Below are positions 59,348 to 64,000 of a DNA stretch of 64,000 nt, piece by piece. Made by a program: the position numbers and the translations under genes. Source of the DNA: a bacterium (GTDB taxonomy: Bacteria; UBA8248; JACPRG01; G963555815); assembly GCA_963555815.3 (NCBI GenBank), contig CAUVWX020000001.1:1056001-1120000 (forward strand), given 5' to 3'. The notes below the pieces were generated by a model. The model ran no database searches and was not told the origin of the DNA. It worked only from the letters and a program-made list of their open reading frames with translations. Within the stretch, counting starts at the first letter, position 1; each line of letters starts with the position of its first letter.

Positions 59348-60271
59348 TTACGGAACCGACGAGGTGTCCTGGGGTTCTTCGACCGCCTTCTTGACGGAGA
59401 AGGGGGTAATGACGATTTCGATGCGGCGGTTTTGCTGGCGGCCTTTCGATGTGCCGTTGCTGGCAACGGGCTGGTATTTCGAAAACCCAACGGCCGAGAG
59501 GAGGGTTGGGTCCAATCCCACCTGGGCTTCCAGATAGCGGACGACCGTTGTTGCCCGAAGTGTCGAGAGCTCCCAGTTGTCCCGGAAGCGGCCTGCGGTG
59601 GGGCGGACAGGGACATTGTCCGTGTGGCCCTCCACCTGGATGCGCTTTCCTTCGACCCCCTTGAGGATCTGTCCCACCCTGTTGAGGATCCCCGTTCCTT
59701 CCTCGTTAATCTCGGCGCTCCCTATGGGGAAGAGGATTCGATTCAGCACGCTCAAATGGAGCCTTCCCTGGATCTCGCTGATCTGAATCTTTCCCTCACT
59801 CACCTCCCGCTCGAGATCCTGCACCAGGCGGTCGTAGACGGTGCTCCTTCGCTCCAGGCGCTCCTCCCGCTGTGTGGCCCGTGAGAGACGCGTCCGGTAC
59901 ACCCGAAGCCCCTCGGAAAGGGCGTCCCGGTCTTCCCGAAGGGTCTGGACCTCGTTTTCAAGGAGGATGGCGTCCTCTTCAAGCCGGCGGTCCTTCGCCC
60001 GAAGCGCTTCGAGCTCTTGCTCCGCGCGGGCCAGACGCTCCCCCGCTCCGGGTCCGCCCTCGTTCAGCTCGGCCTCAACCTCCTCGTAGGCGGTCTTCCA
60101 CTCGCCGATGACCCCTAGAAGCTCGTCGTTCTCACCTTGGAGGACGCTGACGGTGGACCGAAGCTCTCGGGTCTCAGTCAATATGGACTGGTGCTCGTCG
60201 ATGGGGACGCAGCCAAAGAGAAAGCCCAGAAGGAGGGGTGCCCATCTGCCCGTTTTCTTCGAAAGATTCAT
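59348..60271 (-). CDS. OmpA/MotB-family lipoprotein with coiled coil
   Basis: Lipobox LFGC, VEGHTDNVP, NWELSTLRA and NRRIEI. Confidence 0.88.
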   Translation of the reverse strand: MNLSKKTGRWAPLLLGFLFGCVPIDEHQSILTETRELRSTVSVLQGENDELLGVIGEWKTAYEEVEAELNEGGPGAGERLARAEQELEALRAKDRRLEEDAILLENEVQTLREDRDALSEGLRVYRTRLSRATQREERLERRSTVYDRLVQDLEREVSEGKIQISEIQGRLHLSVLNRILFPIGSAEINEEGTGILNRVGQILKGVEGKRIQVEGHTDNVPVRPTAGRFRDNWELSTLRATTVVRYLEAQVGLDPTLLSAVGFSKYQPVASNGTSKGRQQNRRIEIVITPFSVKKAVEEPQDTSSVP

Positions 60272-60423
60272 CTCGAAGGCTCCTGCTCCTCGGCTTAAAG
60301 CCGAAACGGGAGATCCGATCCCGGAAGGAGAATACCATATCAAAGGGTCTGCGGGGAAACATTTCACCGGTTTGGTCCTGCCCTGCCGGGTGTGACAGCC
60401 TACATTCGATCTCCCCCCCGCAA

Positions 60424-61491
60424 TCAAATTTTATTTTTGGTCCGCTTTAGAATCTCCTCAACCAACTTTTGATGCTCCTCGCAGCCGATGAGAGAAAGCG
60501 GCTGGGCGCGTTGGGGTTTCACCTTCGCCCGACGGATCCGGGTGAGAGATTCTTCGAGGCGGCTCATCGGGAGCCTGCCCTCTTGAAAAGCCGCGCGGAG
60601 CCCTTTTGCCACCTCTCGCGGGCCCTTTTTGCCGTGGCAGATGAGCAGGAGGTCCGCCCCCGCCTCGAGGGCAAGAAGGGCCGCCTCGGGAAGGGGATAG
60701 TGTTGAGCGATGGCGCCCATCTGAAGGTCGTCCGTCAGGATGAGGCCCCGAAAACCCATCTTCTTTCTCAGGAGTCCCGTGACGATCTTTTTGGAGAGGG
60801 ACGCAGGATGCTCTGGGTCAAGGGCGGGGAAGACGACGTGGGCTGTCATCAAGGCGGGAAGGCCCGCCTTGATGACAGCCCGAAAGGGGATGAGCTCCCG
60901 GCCTAAGATCGTCCGCCGTGCCACACGGGATCGGGGAAGCTCCACGTGAGAGTCGCCTGTCGTCCCGCCGTGGCCCGGAAAGTGCTTTCCAACAGGCAGA
61001 AGACCTGCCCTCAGGATCCCCCTCATCGCCGCCGTCCCCATCTCGGCCGCTGCATGGGGGTCTCGGCCGAAGGCGCGATCTCCGATCACCCGGTTCTTCG
61101 GATTCGTCCAGACGTCCAAGACCGGTGAGAGGTGCATGTTAATCCCGATGGCTGAGAGTTCCAGAGCAGAGGCGAAGAAGGAGACTTCGGTGAGAGCGGT
61201 GTCGCCCGCTTTTCCAAAAAGGGCCTGGGAGGGGAAGCGGCAAAAAGGTTTTGGGAGCCTGGAAACTCTTCCGCCCTCGTGATCGATGAGAATGAGGGGT
61301 TTTTGGGGCTTGACGAGGGCGCGGAGGTGTTGACAGAGATCTCGGAGCTGGGCCGGCGATCTTGCGTTTCGCTCGAAGAGGATGAAATTGCCCGGGCGGA
61401 CCTCCTCGATGAGACGTCGGTCTCCTTCCGTTATCTTCCTTCCGGGAAGACCCACGACGAGCAGTTGCCCGATCTTCTCTTCAAGCTTCAT
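60424..61491 (-). CDS. nagZ: Beta-N-acetylhexosaminidase (GH3)
   Basis: IDHEGGRVSR, KHFPGHG..DSH and TDDLQMGA. Confidence 0.94.
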   Translation of the reverse strand: MKLEEKIGQLLVVGLPGRKITEGDRRLIEEVRPGNFILFERNARSPAQLRDLCQHLRALVKPQKPLILIDHEGGRVSRLPKPFCRFPSQALFGKAGDTALTEVSFFASALELSAIGINMHLSPVLDVWTNPKNRVIGDRAFGRDPHAAAEMGTAAMRGILRAGLLPVGKHFPGHGGTTGDSHVELPRSRVARRTILGRELIPFRAVIKAGLPALMTAHVVFPALDPEHPASLSKKIVTGLLRKKMGFRGLILTDDLQMGAIAQHYPLPEAALLALEAGADLLLICHGKKGPREVAKGLRAAFQEGRLPMSRLEESLTRIRRAKVKPQRAQPLSLIGCEEHQKLVEEILKRTKNKI

Positions 61492-61628
61492 GGCGACGAT
61501 CTACTCCTCACATCACAGCCTCTGAATCGTAGCATAGGGCTTCTGTGGCCGCTCTCTCTCGGAAAGGTTTTCCCTGCACGATTTTGTAAGTGATATCATT
61601 AAATCTCTTCTTGCAGGAGAGAGTGCCC

Positions 61629-63014
61629 ATGACGCTTCGCCGGATGTCTCTAGTCGTCCTCCTTTTTTCCCTCCTCCTTGCGCTTCCCACCGAGGGGGCC
61701 CGCCGGGTTGCTATTCTTGACCTTGAGAACCAGTCTGAGGGTCGCCTCAAGGAAGAATTTAGCTGGATCGGCCTCAATGTGCCCGAAACCCTCGCTGGAA
61801 AGCTCTCAGAGATCCCAGGTGTCGAGGTGATTGAGCGGATTCAGTGGAAAAAATTGGTGGATGAGCTTCGCCTTTCTCTCGTTTACCTCTATGACCACGA
61901 TGGGAAGGCCGCCGAGCTGGGAAAGCAGCTTGGGGCGCAGGTCATAGGTCTTGGCTCCTTTGTCGTCTTTGCGGGAAGTGTCAACGTTAACATCCGTTTT
62001 GTGGACGTCGAGACAGCGACGATTCTTGGGGCTTTGAATCGTGTGAGCCCAGTGGACGACCGCCTCTTTGAGGATTTTGGGGCCCTTGCCCTTGAGGCGG
62101 TCGAGGTCCTGAACCGGCGGGTGATAGGCGGTGAGGTGGCTTCTTTGCCTCCTGGGGAGGCGCTGAAAATCCCTGAGAGGACAAGGGGGAAGATCGAGAG
62201 ACCTGAGACGAAGACCTTTGACGCTTATGCGCTGTATGGAAAGGGAAGGAAGGCCTATGATCGAAACCCCTTGGATGAGGCCATTGCACTCCATTGGCAG
62301 GCCCTCGCCCTTGACCCGGACTACGCCGAGGCATGGCAGGACCTTGGAGAGGTCCTTCGAAAGCGCGGGAGGTTTAACGAGGCGGAGGAGGCGGTACGTC
62401 GCGCCTTTCATATTTTCTTTGACAGAGGAGATGAGAAGGGGGAAGGGGGTGCCCACAGAGACCTCGGCTTCGTCGCCAATGACCGCGGGGCCCACGACGA
62501 GGCTGAGAGGCGCTTCCGGAGGAGCCTGGCGATGAGTAGGAAACTTGGCAACGAGCAAGATGTCGCGGCGGCGCTGAATAACCTTGGCGAGGTCGCCCGT
62601 AACCGCGGTCGCTTCGACGAGGCTGAGAGGCTCTACCAGGAGAGCCTGGCGATTAAAAGAAGACTTGGCAACGAGCTAAATGTCGCAGCGGTGCTGCATA
62701 CTCTTGGCGAGGTCGCCGAGAGCCGCGGGCGCACCGACGAGGCCGAGAGGCTCTACCAGGAGAGCCTGGCGATTAGTAGGGGGGGTAGGGGATTCTATTC
62801 GCCAGGCGTTGCAAACACGCTTTTCAACCTCGCCATCCTCGAAAGAGACCGGGGCTCAACGGACCAGGCCATCGACTACGCGTTAGATTCCCTTGAGATC
62901 TCCCGCAGGACAGGAGGCCCATTAGCGGTCAGAGCTGAAAAATTCCTCCGACAGCTTGGGCTTAGGGGATCGTTAGAGATCGTCCATCCTCCAAGCCCAG
63001 CCCCCCAACCTTAA
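61629..63014 (+). CDS. Secreted protein with CsgG/FlgO-like N-domain and TPR repeats
   Basis: Signal peptide, VAILDLEN, VIER and RFVDVETA, followed by 40-aa TPRs. Confidence 0.8.
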   Translation: MTLRRMSLVVLLFSLLLALPTEGARRVAILDLENQSEGRLKEEFSWIGLNVPETLAGKLSEIPGVEVIERIQWKKLVDELRLSLVYLYDHDGKAAELGKQLGAQVIGLGSFVVFAGSVNVNIRFVDVETATILGALNRVSPVDDRLFEDFGALALEAVEVLNRRVIGGEVASLPPGEALKIPERTRGKIERPETKTFDAYALYGKGRKAYDRNPLDEAIALHWQALALDPDYAEAWQDLGEVLRKRGRFNEAEEAVRRAFHIFFDRGDEKGEGGAHRDLGFVANDRGAHDEAERRFRRSLAMSRKLGNEQDVAAALNNLGEVARNRGRFDEAERLYQESLAIKRRLGNELNVAAVLHTLGEVAESRGRTDEAERLYQESLAISRGGRGFYSPGVANTLFNLAILERDRGSTDQAIDYALDSLEISRRTGGPLAVRAEKFLRQLGLRGSLEIVHPPSPAPQP

Positions 63015-63151
63015 AGAGCCCTTTGCAGATCTTGTCGAAGATCTCTTCCTCCACCCGAGAGAAGCCTCAGACAAAAACCCATAGACAAGGCTATGATGGC
63101 TTGATAATGTTGAATTTGTGAGCCGTTGGGCCCTTGGGAGATTTTTGTTCC

Positions 63152-64000
63152 ATGGTCAAGGAGTTGGCAAAGCGCGTCTTTGAGATCGAGGCCAAGGCCA
63201 TCTTGGACCTCATCCCCCGGCTGGACGAGAATTTTAGTCGCGCCGTAGAAATCCTTCTGGCCTGCCGTGGGCGGATCGTGGTGAGTGGGATGGGGAAATC
63301 CGGCCTCATCGGCCGAAAAATCGCCTCGACCCTCTGCAGCATCGGTGCCCCGGCCCTCTTCCTGCACCCGGCCGAGGGGGCCCACGGGGACGCCGGGATG
63401 ATGACGCGGGGCGATGTGGTCCTCGCCATCTCCAATAGCGGCGAGACGGAGGAGCTTCTTTCCCTCCTCCCGATGGTCCGCCGCCTCGGGGTCCAGCTCA
63501 TCAGCCTGACGGGAAACCCCCGCTCCTCCCTCAGCGAGCGCAGCGAGGTGACGCTGGACATCAGCGTGGCCGAGGAGGCCTCTCCCCTGGAGGTCATCCC
63601 GACGGCCAGCATCGCGGCGACCCTCGCCATGGGCGACGCCCTGGCCATCGCCCTTCTCGAACGAAAGGGCGTCAAGGCCGAGGACTTCGCCGCTTATCAT
63701 CCGGGCGGGGTCGTGGGGAAACGTCTCCTCCTCCAGGTCGGAGATCTGATGCACACGGGCGAGGCTATCCCAAAAGTCGCGCCGGACACCCCTTTTAAGG
63801 ACGTCATCTATGAGATTTCCTCCAAACGCCTGGGTGTAACGGCTGTGGTGGACGGCGGCGGGGCCCTTTGCGGCGTCATCACGGATGGGGACCTTCGCCG
63901 CACCATGGAAGGCTCGACAGACGTCTATCAGATTAAGGCCGGCCAGATCATGACGAAGACGCCAAAGCTCATCGGCGAAAAGGACCTGGCCGCCAAGGCT
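63152..64000 (+). CDS. kdsD: KdsD/KpsF/GutQ arabinose-5-phosphate isomerase, runs off the window (not in ORF track)
   Basis: SGMGKSGLIGRKIAST, FLHPAEGAHGD, ISNSGET and HPGG, followed by a CBS domain. Confidence 0.94.
   Translation, partial: MVKELAKRVFEIEAKAILDLIPRLDENFSRAVEILLACRGRIVVSGMGKSGLIGRKIASTLCSIGAPALFLHPAEGAHGDAGMMTRGDVVLAISNSGETEELLSLLPMVRRLGVQLISLTGNPRSSLSERSEVTLDISVAEEASPLEVIPTASIAATLAMGDALAIALLERKGVKAEDFAAYHPGGVVGKRLLLQVGDLMHTGEAIPKVAPDTPFKDVIYEISSKRLGVTAVVDGGGALCGVITDGDLRRTMEGSTDVYQIKAGQIMTKTPKLIGEKDLAAKA

Noticed and set aside
63011..63754. Minus-strand ORFs at the window end
   Set aside because: They are antisense to kdsD, which the ORF track missed because its stop lies outside the window.

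Overview
A 64-kb stretch of a GC-rich, diderm bacterial chromosome. Most of it is ordinary core genes. These include an RND permease, ahbAB-cbiX, pfkA, moaB, larEBC, a TPR-TPR-exbB-exbD-tonB operon, a carbamoyltransferase/SxtJ/SGNH module, the pit-ppx-yceD-rpmF-plsX-fabHDG-acpP-fabF-rnc-smc-ftsY run, an IPCT/DIPPS fusion, pckA, moeB, nagZ and kdsD. Two accessory regions stand out. (1) 17311-19922 is an IS1595-family element with perfect 26-bp inverted repeats and an 8-bp target duplication. Its cargo, a methyltransferase-Mrr-like nuclease gene, is split around an oppositely oriented, apparently mutated transposase cassette. (2) 43108-50392 is a tandem set of decayed islands at tRNA-Arg(CCG) with two extra att copies. 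Inside it, unrelated cargo genes are separated by three diverged copies of an unannotated ~43-aa coding unit. The ORF track also misses a UGA-recoded CUAEP-tail radical SAM selenoprotein with a candidate SECIS and two promoters with the same paired NrdR-box architecture (one before smc, one with no evident gene). It further misses a sigma54 promoter and several pseudogenes. All calls come from reading motifs by eye; no database searches were run.
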